Part shown: positions 22,956 to 34,102 of the stretch, piece after piece
Layout: each line of letters begins with the position of its first letter
Numbering within the stretch: position 1 is the first letter of the stretch
NCBI GenBank assembly: GCA_964019425.1
Contig: OZ025794.1
Coordinates: 558,001 to 622,000, forward strand
DNA from: Flectonema sp. DT1601
Lineage: Eukaryota
DNA length: 64,000 nt
Direction of reading: 5' to 3'
Position numbers and translations under genes: made by a program
The notes under the pieces: model-generated
Told to the model about the DNA's origin: nothing
Database searches by the model: none
What the model saw: only the letters and a program-made list of their open reading frames with translations

Positions 22956-25401
22956 AAAAAAAAAAAAAAAATTCCACCTCAGAAATCAAAAACGAGTTTC
23001 CTGTAAAAACATATCCAGGCGTGAACCAGGCGTGAAATAATGTTACATTATTTCACGCTCGCAACAGTCGTAACCAAAATGCGTGCAATTCGATAAAAAA
23101 CTTTCACTTTCTGATTTTCACTACAAGTGTAAATTTTCCCAAAGAAGCCAGAGAGAATTTAAAAAAAAAAAAAAAAAAAAGGAAACCAATATACTCCGCT
23201 ACCAGCAAATTTAAACAGTGAAAAAACCCAAATTGTAACATTTCGTTTTTCTTTTTTAGTTATTCTTTTATTTTTTTTAAAAAAAAGAAAAGACTCTTAG
23301 CCTTTTCTGGTTAAGGGGATTCATGACACGAGTTTCATTAAATATTTAGAGAAGTGTCGGAAACTCGTTAATATAGGCTTCTTTAACGACGTAATGCTTT
23401 GTTTGTTTGTTTGTTTTTTTTTTTCGATTTCGTTTTCATCCCCCTCTTAAGCTTTTTTTTCTTTTTCTAAAAGCTTGCTGGTTTTTTTGAGGGGGGAAAA
23501 AAAGTTGACAAAAAAAAAAAAAAAATAATAATAATAAAAATAAAAGAGGAGAATGATTTAAAAAATTTCTACAAAACTACCTCCGTGTGAGTTGTGATGT
23601 TTTTTTTTTCTCTCTTTTTTTTCTTAAATTTAATTGTTGGATGTTGTTAGGCTTTAGCGCTTTTTGTGATTTAACAACAATATCACGTTGAAGAGGACTT
23701 TCTTTCAACAATAGTTTGTTGAGGTAGGCAAATGCTCAAAGCTGATCGATATCCTTTTATTAAATTACATCTCTTGAATTGAAACTAATTCGACAATCTA
23801 TTACTGAGTCTTCGGAAATGGCTACAGATTGAATAAAAGAAAAGAGAAAAAGACTTTTGACTCATAGCTTGAATGGTTAGATGGTCGTATCGCTCTATTT
23901 TAGTGGTCTATTCGAGTCCATATCACCAGTCTCTTTAATTCTGCAAAGCTCATGTCTAGAGCAGTACCGCTGCTTCACTTCTTCCTAATTGAGTTTTGAA
24001 TGAAGAGGTGAAGTCTGCCGCCTAGTCTCTTGGTTGAATTCCCTCCGAGTGGTTTTTAAAAACTTATTGTTGTACCCTATATTCAACCCTTTCTTGTTAC
24101 TGATTGGCAGTACGCAATACGAGTCCTCCGTGTGTTTGTTGTTTGCGATATGTTCCACAACCTGTTTTGATTTTTTAGAGCAATGCTTATTTTCAAGTAA
24201 AGTCCGGTCTTTTTTTTTTTTTTCCATTCTTTTTTTCCTTGTGTGGTTTTTTGTAGTTTTATTTTATTTTATTCTTTCTCACGGCATTTTCTTTCCTTCC
24301 ACTTTCTTCACCAGCTTCCCCAGCCAAATAAAATTCCTTACGGAGTTTTGTTCTTAGGGCACAACATTAAAATAACTCGAAAGGGGGAAACATCCTCCTC
24401 CAAGGATGAGAGTTAAATGTTCTAAACTTATTCTATTTTCAATTTTATTAACAATGCATTGTATGTAAATCTGTTTTGTTAAAAAAGCTCGGTAAATAGC
24501 CCATCACCAAGCAGAATATCGTGAACACAGAGAACTATTTATAATGTATTTACTTTTTCCTCTGCAGTATGGTAGACTGGACTTTTCGCAGAGGAAAAAA
24601 AAAAAAAAAAAAAAAAAAAACAGGAACTACAGATTATTATATTGTCTTATTTTTAGGAATTGCCTTGCGTGCTGTCACAACCGCCTGTGGAATTATGCAA
24701 TGTGTTTCTTTTTTGTTAGTCGTCTGATGACAGATTTGAAAGGGGGGTTAGGTCTTTCCGCAACCATATCATCGAATACTTAAGTTTGAAGCGAATGTTA
24801 ATATTTATAACCTTTTTTCGAATGTTTTTGTTGCACTGGAGTGTGATGGTGAGATTATTTGGTTCGAAAGGGCTTTTCTATCCTTCCCAAGCTCCTGAAA
24901 CGAAAAAGAGAAAATGTTTTCCGTTTAAATAAAAAAGCAACGTATTGTAGAATGCCTACCCACGTATGCTTAGCTTAGGGTGTGGTACTGTTTTTTTTAA
25001 TAAAAATTATGATTCGTGGAATTGAAGAAGGAAGAAAAAGAAATAATCTTAGTGCGTAATATATATTTAAGTCTCTTGAGTCATATTTGAAATATTTGTG
25101 TATGGCATTTTTTTTTTTTTTTTTTTCCCCTTAAAAAATTGTGTTAAAATTTGCTTGATAAGGTGTGCAAAGTGCATATAACAAGTATCTCTTATACTTA
25201 TCGTTTGTTATTTAGCAAGTCTTCTTGAGGGTGTAATCTCGATTTTTTTTCGTTTTGTTTTCTTTTCTCCTGTCCGCCACCATCACTTCTCATCTTACAG
25301 GGATAGTTTCCTTTTCCAGAATCTGTGTTCCTTAGGATAGATGGTGATTATGTATTATTGTGTTGCTATACTACTTGTGTGTGTTTTTTTCTTCTTTTTT
25401 T

Positions 25402-25545
25402 GCACCGACGAAGTCGGTAGAAGAAACTATTCAAAGATTTAAGTACCGTTTATTTATTAATGTCAAAACGTTATCTATTTCCCTGCGCCGACAATACCAT
25501 CTGTGATCAACATAAAATATATATAAGGCTTTATCTGAATGGTTT
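25402..25545 (+). repeat. Dispersed two-hairpin element, copy 2
   Basis: ccgacgaagtcgg, gaaactattcaaagattt ... ggctttatctgaatggttt, flanked by T-runs. Confidence 0.8.
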
Positions 25546-27057
25546 TTTTTTTTTCTTCTCTTTCTTCTTATACTTTTTTTTCTCCAGTAAGCGTTTACGA
25601 AATCAGAGTTTAGTTGGGTTTGCTGCTTATGCAAACAGATTTATATAAAGAAAGACACAGATACAAATAAAATGATTTGTTGATACTCTTGTCACTTGGG
25701 AATCCCAATTTGGTGCAACAAATACAACTCGAATAGTGTCATTATCTCGCTTGGTTGATGATAGGAGGCAACTTACACTTTTCTCATTGAATTCGAAAAT
25801 TGTCAGTCTTACTGTACGTGTGCTGAACAAAGTGTTATGTAAGCTTATTAATTTAGATTAATTGTTTTTTTTCTTCTTCTTTTTTTTTATTTTATTCAAA
25901 CTGACGTTTCTGTACTTTTTATTTTGTGTTCTCCGATCCATAATTTTCTGAACTTCTGTGATGTGATGAGACCCAAACTCCGTGTGTCAAACAAACAAAA
26001 AAAAAAAAAAAAAAAAAAAAAGCCTTTCAAATAATTACGAGTCATAGCCAAGTTGGTACTTGTTTCTTGTTGTCGTCTTTTCAGTCAGGTACCTGTGTAA
26101 AAGCACAGCTTTGCTGCGAGTTCTTCTAGCAATTGTGTGCACAACGAGCTTGACAGGAAAATTTTATCTTTTGTTGGTCTTTGTGATTAAAATCCTCGAT
26201 CTTTTTTTTTTTTTTTTTGGAAAAAGTATTTTGTTTTTTTTAAATCTTTTTAAAAAATAATTTTTTTGTTTAATTTGATGTTTCAACGATCTTGTCTACT
26301 TCTTGGTACTCGTTGTGCGAAAAAGCAAAAACGTGTTGTGTGTTCTTAAAGGGTTTTCTGATTTCTGACTAGCAGCAAGCCCCATGCTAAGTCTTTAACC
26401 ACATTATTATATTTCCAATTTTCCGAAAAGGATCAAAGGCTAAATTATATTCTTTTTTTAAACCGGCAGTGACAAAACATAAATCAAGTAAATCTTTGTC
26501 TGTATCCAGATTCCTCTGATGGCATTTCAAAATTTTAAATATCTTTTGAAAGCCTTTCACAAAAACAGCGTTGTTTTTTTCCAACAGTGCGCTACGACAC
26601 TGAAAGCGCTGTGAGTACTTCTGGTTGTTCGATATATATAAAAAGAGGAAAAACTAAATAACAAGTGAACCTTTTTTCTTCCCTTTGTATCTCTGGTGTA
26701 CATGGGTCTAGTTTCCATATGTTATACTTTGTGAAATAAAAAAAAAAAAAATAATAATAACAAAATTATCAATTATCCAATAACTAACTGCTAGCTGTTT
26801 CATGTCAATGTTTTTATTCTTTATATATTTGGGGGGGTGTTAATTTATAGATTTAGTTAGTTAATTTCCCTGGCCTACGTTGTTCTGTCAACCAAAGAAG
26901 AGACTCATTATTGTTGTAGTAAATTACAATAATTACTAGAACGGGCTGTCGTGTTATCTTGAGCGGATACGTCTTTCCTGTCATAAGAAACCAGTTTTGA
27001 TACATGTAGGTTTCTGATAATTCTATGCACGTTTTTGCTTTTTTTCTTCTTTTTTTT

Positions 27058-27186
27058 ATATCGACGTTGTCGGAGAAGAAACTATTCAGATTGAAAGCCG
27101 TTATTTCTTATGGTCATGATTTATTTTCCCCCGTGCGACAGGATTCTGTCTGCGTTCGATGAGATAAGGCTAAATCTGAATGGTTT
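27058..27186 (+). repeat. Dispersed two-hairpin element, copy 3
   Basis: tcgacgttgtcgg, gaaactattcagattgaaagcc ... ggctaaatctgaatggttt, flanked by T-runs. Confidence 0.85.
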
Positions 27187-27819
27187 TTTTTTCTTTTTTG
27201 CATTTTTCTTTCCTTTCATTTCTCGTCTTGATGATTTTAAAGAACAGATTTGACAAAATAAGAAAACGTGGACGAAAAAAATAATTGTGTTCGGGTTCAG
27301 CAAAAAAAAAAAAAAAAAAAACACGGAAATGCTGTTGTACAATATTTCTGTTCCTTTACAAATTCGCTAATCAAATTTTATTTTCCCCTTTTAGATTATT
27401 TCTATTTTTTTCACTTTTAAGAAAATGAATTCTTCCCTGTAACTCAAATAAATATGGGAGGGGAAAAAAAAAAAAAAAAAAAAAAATCACATCTAGGCAA
27501 AACAACTGATATTAGGCTGCGTGATTTCTTTCTTTTTGTTATTTGTTATTGCATAATTAGCCCATTTCCCAATATAAAAAAAATAGCATACCCCCACGCT
27601 GGGTATTTTCAGAACAATAAAAATACGCCGCGTGTTCGACTTGTTCAGTTTCGTAGGTTCAATGCAATGCCTGAATTTATTTATTTTTGTTTATAAATTC
27701 AATTTCTAAAACAGTAAGAAATAACTCACTACTGAAGAGCAGAGTGTACCCAAAGCATTCATCCGTTGACATAAACTTAAAAAGCGTTATTTTAGATTTC
27801 ACGCAGCAGGTCTCAGGCA

Positions 27820-30740
27820 ATGCCTGACTCAAGAGATGACGAAGAAGACCTACAGAGTAAATCCTCAAGTGGAGGCGAGGCTCTCGACGATGACAACATT
27901 TGGAGGGAAGACATCGCTGAGGCATTAGAAGACAACGAATGGGAGAAAGACTCGATGTTAGTTTCTGAAGGAGCGACTTCAGAAGATGAAAGATCGCTTC
28001 AATCTGTTGATTATCGAAAATTAGAAGAAAGATATTCTGGATTAGAAAAACAACGAAAAGCTAAAGTTGATGCAATGAACAAAAAGATAAAAAGAGACAG
28101 GGGTCTTCAAGGATTGTTTGGTGATACAAATACTGTCGTATCACAATCAACTAGATGGGATGATGATGATGATGACGATGAGGATGATGATGATCAAACA
28201 TATGCTGGTTCTCGTACAACAAAACAAACAAAAGTAACAACTCAAGACAGCACCACTGCACTGATGAGAACTCCTGGTGGTGATGACGACGGTGAATTCG
28301 ATTCTGATTCTCTGTCGGATTCAACTTCTGATTCTGAAGGCCCGGCAGTTGACCTCACTGATCTCCGAGGACTCTCTTCAGAGTGGGTTGAACAAGATAA
28401 GATCAAACGAGAAGTTCGTAAGCAATTCCGTCTGTTTCTCCGTCACAAGACTCCCCAGGGAGACACTCCTTACGTTCAAAAAATACATTCAATCGTCACA
28501 CTGCAACTTTCATCATTACTGGTAGAATTTCAAGAAATTGCAACTTTCAATGAAGGGCTTGCTGTGTTAGCTGGTGAAGCCCCAGCAGTGACCTTAGAGC
28601 TGTTTGAAGACGTTGCCAGTAAAGAAGTATTTAAACACTATCCTCGTTATGTTGATGTTGTTCGTACTATAAACGTTAGATTAATAAACCTTCCTATTAG
28701 CGATGCAATTAGAAATCTTCGTTGCCTCCACATGAATATGCTTTGTCAGATTCACGGAGTTGTGACCCGAAGATCACTAATTTATCCTCAATTACAAGCT
28801 GCTATGTTTGATTGCTTGTCTTGTGGATACACACTTGGGCCTTTGGTTAGTAAAGTTAAAGAACCCAAAGCGAAGCAATGTCCTTCGTGTCAAAAAAACG
28901 GTCCGTTCAGACTAAACAGCACGCAGACCATCTACAGAAATTATCAAACTGTTATTTTACAAGAGACTCCTGGGACGGTACCTCCGGGACGATTGCCGAG
29001 GTGGATAGAAGTTATATTGCTCAATGACTTGGTTGATATTGCTCGTCCCGGAGATGAAATTGTCGTCACTGGCATCTACAAAAATGCTTTTGATCCTCTT
29101 CTTAATCACAGGCAGGGATTTCCTGTATTCACAACTGTTTTAGAAGCCAATGCTGTAAGAAAACGAGTCGACGATCTTAAAGAGTGCATGACTGAAGAGG
29201 AACGAACTGAAATATTATCGATGGCCAAGCATCCAAATATTATTGAAAAGATCGTTCATAGTATTTCACCGTCGATTCACGGCAATGAAATGATCAAAGC
29301 GGGGATAGCATGTTCGTTGTTTGGAGGAGTTCCAAAGGAAGTTGGTGATGGCAAGCATCGAATAAGAGGTGACATAAATGTTTTATTAGTTGGTGATCCT
29401 GGCTGTGGTAAATCACAAATTCTAAAATACACAGAAAAGACAAGTCCAAGAAGTGTATTCACAACTGGAAGAGGAAGTACAGCAGTTGGTCTAACTGCTG
29501 CAGTACACAAAGACTCAATGACTGGTGAATGGACTCTTGAAGGAGGTGCAATGGTCATAGCTGATAAGGGTCACTGTCTTATTGACGAATTTGATAAAAT
29601 GTCTGACCAAGATAGAACATCTATCCACGAGGCAATGGAACAACAAACTATTTCTATAGCCAAGGCTGGAATTGTTACTTCTCTTCAAGCTCGCTGTAGT
29701 ATCATCGCAGCAGCAAATCCCATTGTCGGTCATTACGAATCATCTCAAACCTTTGAAAGTCAAGTTAATTTAACACAACCGATCCTCTCTCGATTTGACT
29801 TGTTGTTCGCTGTATGTGTTATTATTAAGGTTATTGAAGTTTTCAAAAAAAAAAAAAAAAAAAAAAAAAAACAGGTACGCGACGTAGTCGATCCCATCCA
29901 AGATACCCATTTAGCTAAATTCGTATTAAACAGCCACATGAAACATCATCCTCGTAATGTTGGTGACGAGGATGTTCAGCTTATTGAAGGTGTGAAAGAT
30001 ATCCGAGAAGACACTAACTTAGACAGTTCTAATCCAGTATGATTGTTTTTATACTTTTGTATTTGTTTTTTGAATTCACACAAAGTACATAAAAAACACA
30101 GCTGCCGCAAAAACTACTTCAGCGATACATATTATACGCTAGGACTTGTGTTCAACCAAAACTTGAACAAGTAGATATGGATCGTTTAGTCAGCTTTTAT
30201 GTTGAACTACGAAATGACAGCGCTATGAAGTACGAGTCAGGAATAAAAATAGTTGTCCGTCACTTGGAAAGTATTTGCAGACTGAGTGAAGCTCATGCAA
30301 AGATGAGACTTAGTCCTTATGTTCGTGAAGATGATGTCAGCAGAGCAATTTCATTATTTTTAAATGCGTTCTTGGGAACACTTCCATTTAAACGACGAGA
30401 GACGTTACGAAAGAAATACGCCTCCTACTTGGTTCTCGAAAAACAACATTTCCAAATTATTTCTCACGTTCTATCTGCTCGTGTCAAGGAACTCTGCCAA
30501 CTGATGTCTCTGAAGTACGGATCTTATGCCGACAGAGATGTTATTATTCCTGTGGTGGATCTCAAGTCGAAGGCCCAGGAGCACAAAATCTACGAAAACG
30601 ACCTTCAAAAGTTCTTCAAAACGTCACTCTTCACTACAGACTTCGATCTTATTAATAACAAACAAGACATTCTGTGGAAGAAAAACACACAGTCAGGTGA
30701 CACGCAGACTCAGACGCTACCCAGCAGTGGAGGTTACTAG
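27820..30740 (+). CDS. MCM2: DNA replication licensing factor MCM2, 3 exons, ~930 aa
   Basis: Exons 27820..29811, 29875..30036, 30102..30740. Acidic N-terminus, Zn finger CLSC..CPSC, QETPGTVPPGRLPR, Walker A GDPGCGKS, CLIDEFDKM, ILSRFDL. Splicing restores FA|VRDVVDP and NP|LPQKLLQRYILYAR. Confidence 0.97.
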
Positions 30741-30978
30741 CAGTCGGGTGACACATCCGTAGCACGTCATCAACAAAAAACTTTGGTTGACTTTATATTC
30801 AACTTCATTAGATTTCCAAAGAAGGTGAGGCGTCGTCGCTTCTTCAACCGCATCGTCCATTTGATATTATTTCAGAGCGTTTTGTTTGTTAAAAAACATT
30901 TTGTCAGATTTCTTTTTTTTTTTTTTTTTCAGGTTCAAGTTAACAGTAAGAAACTACTGCCGAAGAATATAAAGAAAA

Positions 30979-31935
30979 ATGAGTCGGCAACGGCCTGCAA
31001 CGGCCGCACCACATGTAAACAGTTGGTTTAATGACGAGGAAGGTAAAATTGAAAATGACATAAATGATGATGACAATGAAGAAGGTGATTCAGTCGATTT
31101 TGTTAATAGTTGTTACAGAGATGAATATGTTCCGAAGGCTCCAAACTGCGCTGGGGTATCGAGACCACCAGCAACTCATCCAAAAGCGAGAGAGTATTCA
31201 GATCATTATTTTAGTATGAATCAAAAGGTGTATGTCAAGCATAATGTTTCTCCTGTAAAGAAAAAGATTTTTATGCCACTTTCAGGTGGAAGTTTCTTTG
31301 GAGAAACAACAAGCAGAGCTGACTATGTTCATCACAAAGTTCAAAAAGAAGATACAAGATACCGAAGACCTAAAATTGTAGATAAACCAATACCATGTCA
31401 TGGAACCAGCATGAGTAGGACTGACTATGTTAAGTGGGAGACGAAACCTCAACGGGCTCCAAATTTAACATTGCGACGAAGTGTCGGAATTGGCCTTCCG
31501 TTCACTGCGAGCAGCCAATACAGAGATGAGTATCTTCATTTTACTACTGCTCCTCTTACTCAATATAAATCCAACAAGCATTCAATGCCTGAATTTAATC
31601 AAGCAGCACCAGGACACTTTGAAAGCACTAGCAGGGATGCATATCGAGGTTTCAGAGTTGATAAAGTCGACAGTCAAATTAACAAACAAATCATAGCTCG
31701 ACAACAACAAGCTGCGTCAATGAGTGTTTGTATGGGTTCTGTTAAAAGGAAGAAAGGATCGGGAAGAAAGAAACGTCCTTCACCTCCAGAATTGGACATC
31801 ACAAATGTCAGCATCAAATTTAATCCGACGATTGACCCGTCGAATAATGCACTCGGTGAGTTTAGACCACCTGACTACTTCTCACGACACCAACCAGGTC
31901 GATGGAAGCATCCAAAGATACTTCCGAGTACGTAG
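30979..31935 (+). CDS. SAXO/FAM154-like microtubule-stabilising (Mn-motif) protein (318 aa)
   Basis: Repeated Mn-like motifs SCYRDEY, ETTSRADY, SMSRTDY, SQYRDEY, ESTSRDAY. Confidence 0.7.
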   Translation: MSRQRPATAAPHVNSWFNDEEGKIENDINDDDNEEGDSVDFVNSCYRDEYVPKAPNCAGVSRPPATHPKAREYSDHYFSMNQKVYVKHNVSPVKKKIFMPLSGGSFFGETTSRADYVHHKVQKEDTRYRRPKIVDKPIPCHGTSMSRTDYVKWETKPQRAPNLTLRRSVGIGLPFTASSQYRDEYLHFTTAPLTQYKSNKHSMPEFNQAAPGHFESTSRDAYRGFRVDKVDSQINKQIIARQQQAASMSVCMGSVKRKKGSGRKKRPSPPELDITNVSIKFNPTIDPSNNALGEFRPPDYFSRHQPGRWKHPKILPST

Positions 31936-32140
31936 GTATGAAGGAATAGATTATTATAGCTCTGTCTTTACCAAGTTCATGACTACCAATTTATGTTATT
32001 TATGTTTTATTAATTTACACGGCAAACTGGGATTCCAGCCGTCAAAGTACTTATATATTTCAATGAGGTTAGTGGTTTTAATTTTAACAAATTATCTTGT
32101 TGAACAGCAACACGTTATTTAAAATAAACATCCTGAAATT

Positions 32141-33766
32141 ATGGATTACACTCGCCAACAAATGTGTGGTCACAAAGATTACAACTTGCGAACATATACT
32201 GGTAATTGGAGGGAAGATGTGGCTAGAGAAGGAGATAGAATGAGGAATTATCTTCTAAAAAGAGCAAGTGGAGAACTGACTGGTCAGAAAGTTCAACAGA
32301 GAATGTCCAAAGCATTGCAACCGATAACACTAACACCTCAACATAGTGATGGTCACTTAAGATTCGGTGATATCGTAATGATACAGTCTGCTGAAACAAA
32401 AGGTGTTTTGTCACTGGATGTCGAGACAGAATCTCAAGGTAGACCTGGCAACTTTGATGTGAGTGTCTCAGGAGGATGTCTTCCAATTGCACGTTCTGTC
32501 TGGACACTAATGAAAGCAAAAGACCCGAATATGGAATTTTATAAAAAGAATAAAGAATCTGACGTCGTTCACTACGGTCAACAACTTCGATTAGTAAACA
32601 CAATAATGGGCGAGTCTAACCTCTCTATTGCTTCAGAATCTCAGGGACCAAATACCTGCCTTCGCGGCAATAAGACTGGTCTAGAAAGAAGTGAAGTAAC
32701 AGCTTGCGTTGCCGGTTCTCTTGAAACCTTATGGCTAATCCACCCAGCAGAAGTATCTTGGAAGGTTGAATCAGAAGGTTATCCCGTGAAAACTGGTGAC
32801 ATTGTTGCATTTAAAGCTGTAAAGACTAACTCATACCTCTCATGTGAACAAGGAAAGAAGAATAATACTTTCGGTTTTGAAGAAGAAGTCTCTACATTTC
32901 ATCACAAAGACCAAGTCACTAAACAAGAATGCAAATACATCGGAGCCAGAAACACTTGGGGAATTGTATGCGCTGAAGCGGGTTCTCATTTTATTCCAAT
33001 TCATAATGGAAATCAGAAGAGTGCAATAGAAAGAGTAAGAACAAAGATACTACAAAGAGCTGGTAACTTAGGATTCAGGGGACTAACTCGATCACTACGT
33101 ATTATGGATGATGATGGGAATAAGAAACTATCCAGAAGAGAGTTCAAAGAAGGATTAAAAGTATACGGTATTCACATTGATGTCTCTGAGTTAGACGCCG
33201 TATTCAACACGTTTGATAGAGATGGTGATGGAGCTATTTCAGTTGGTGAATTCGTTAGAACAATAAGAGGACCAATGAACTCTCGTAGACTAACTCTCGT
33301 CAACATGGCATACGAAAGAATCGACACTGATAAGTCAGGATGTGTTTCTTTTGCTGAATTAAAATCAATTTACGGTCAGAATCTTTCCCAACACCCAAAC
33401 GTTATGTCAGGTTCTAAAACAGAGAGAGAAGTCTTACTCGAATTTATAAGCTGCTGGGACAAGTCTGGAGATGGCAACGTAACTCCTCATGAATTTCAAG
33501 ACTACTACAACGACATCTCTGCGAATATCGACAACGATGACTACTTCGAATTAATGATACGAAATGCTTGGCATATGTCAGGTGGTGAAGGCTGGTGTGA
33601 GAACACTTCCTGCAGGAGGGTACTTGTCATTCACAACAATGGCTCACAGACAGTCGAAGAAATTGAAAACGATCTTGGAATAGGTCCGGAAGACATCGAT
33701 AAAATGAAAGAAAAACTAATTGAACAAGGCATCACTGATATAAAAGCAATTAAACTCACTTTCTAA
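32141..33766 (+). CDS. CFAP161-like N-terminal domain fused to calcyphosin-like EF-hand domain (541 aa)
   Basis: YNLRTYTGNWRED, DGHLRFGDIVMI, VVHYGQQLRL. Four EF-hands: DDDGNKKLSRRE, DRDGDGAISVGE, DTDKSGCVSFAE, DKSGDGNVTPHE. Calcyphosin-type SANIDNDDYFELMIRNAW. Confidence 0.85.
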   Translation: MDYTRQQMCGHKDYNLRTYTGNWREDVAREGDRMRNYLLKRASGELTGQKVQQRMSKALQPITLTPQHSDGHLRFGDIVMIQSAETKGVLSLDVETESQGRPGNFDVSVSGGCLPIARSVWTLMKAKDPNMEFYKKNKESDVVHYGQQLRLVNTIMGESNLSIASESQGPNTCLRGNKTGLERSEVTACVAGSLETLWLIHPAEVSWKVESEGYPVKTGDIVAFKAVKTNSYLSCEQGKKNNTFGFEEEVSTFHHKDQVTKQECKYIGARNTWGIVCAEAGSHFIPIHNGNQKSAIERVRTKILQRAGNLGFRGLTRSLRIMDDDGNKKLSRREFKEGLKVYGIHIDVSELDAVFNTFDRDGDGAISVGEFVRTIRGPMNSRRLTLVNMAYERIDTDKSGCVSFAELKSIYGQNLSQHPNVMSGSKTEREVLLEFISCWDKSGDGNVTPHEFQDYYNDISANIDNDDYFELMIRNAWHMSGGEGWCENTSCRRVLVIHNNGSQTVEEIENDLGIGPEDIDKMKEKLIEQGITDIKAIKLTF

Positions 33767-34102
33767 AATCTGTTCCGTGGTCCACTTCGTTATTTTGCAT
33801 CTTCACAACTCCTTCTGGAGAAACTTCAACGAAATTAAAACAGAAAATTATAGACCGGTAGAATATTAATCCCTTCCTTATTTGTAAATATTTACTTCGA
33901 TAACGCCACCAATCTTTTTTTTTTGATGGAAATAACTTTCTACAGCGTGAGCGTCACATTACATAATTCTATAAAACAGGATATCTAACTCAACAAGAAT
34001 GAATTAAACAATAATTATTCTCGTCGATCTTTTTACTTATTCTCGCGATCCTCGACTAGCAACATATTTTATTAAAAAAAAAGGAAATCAAAAGTAACGA
34101 AC

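Noticed and set aside
25402..25545. Dispersed hairpin element as a hammerhead ribozyme (hairpin, GAAAC, long stem, GUU)
   Set aside because: No CUGANGA core before the small hairpin in any of the four copies, and extra purines separate the hairpin from GAAA in most copies.
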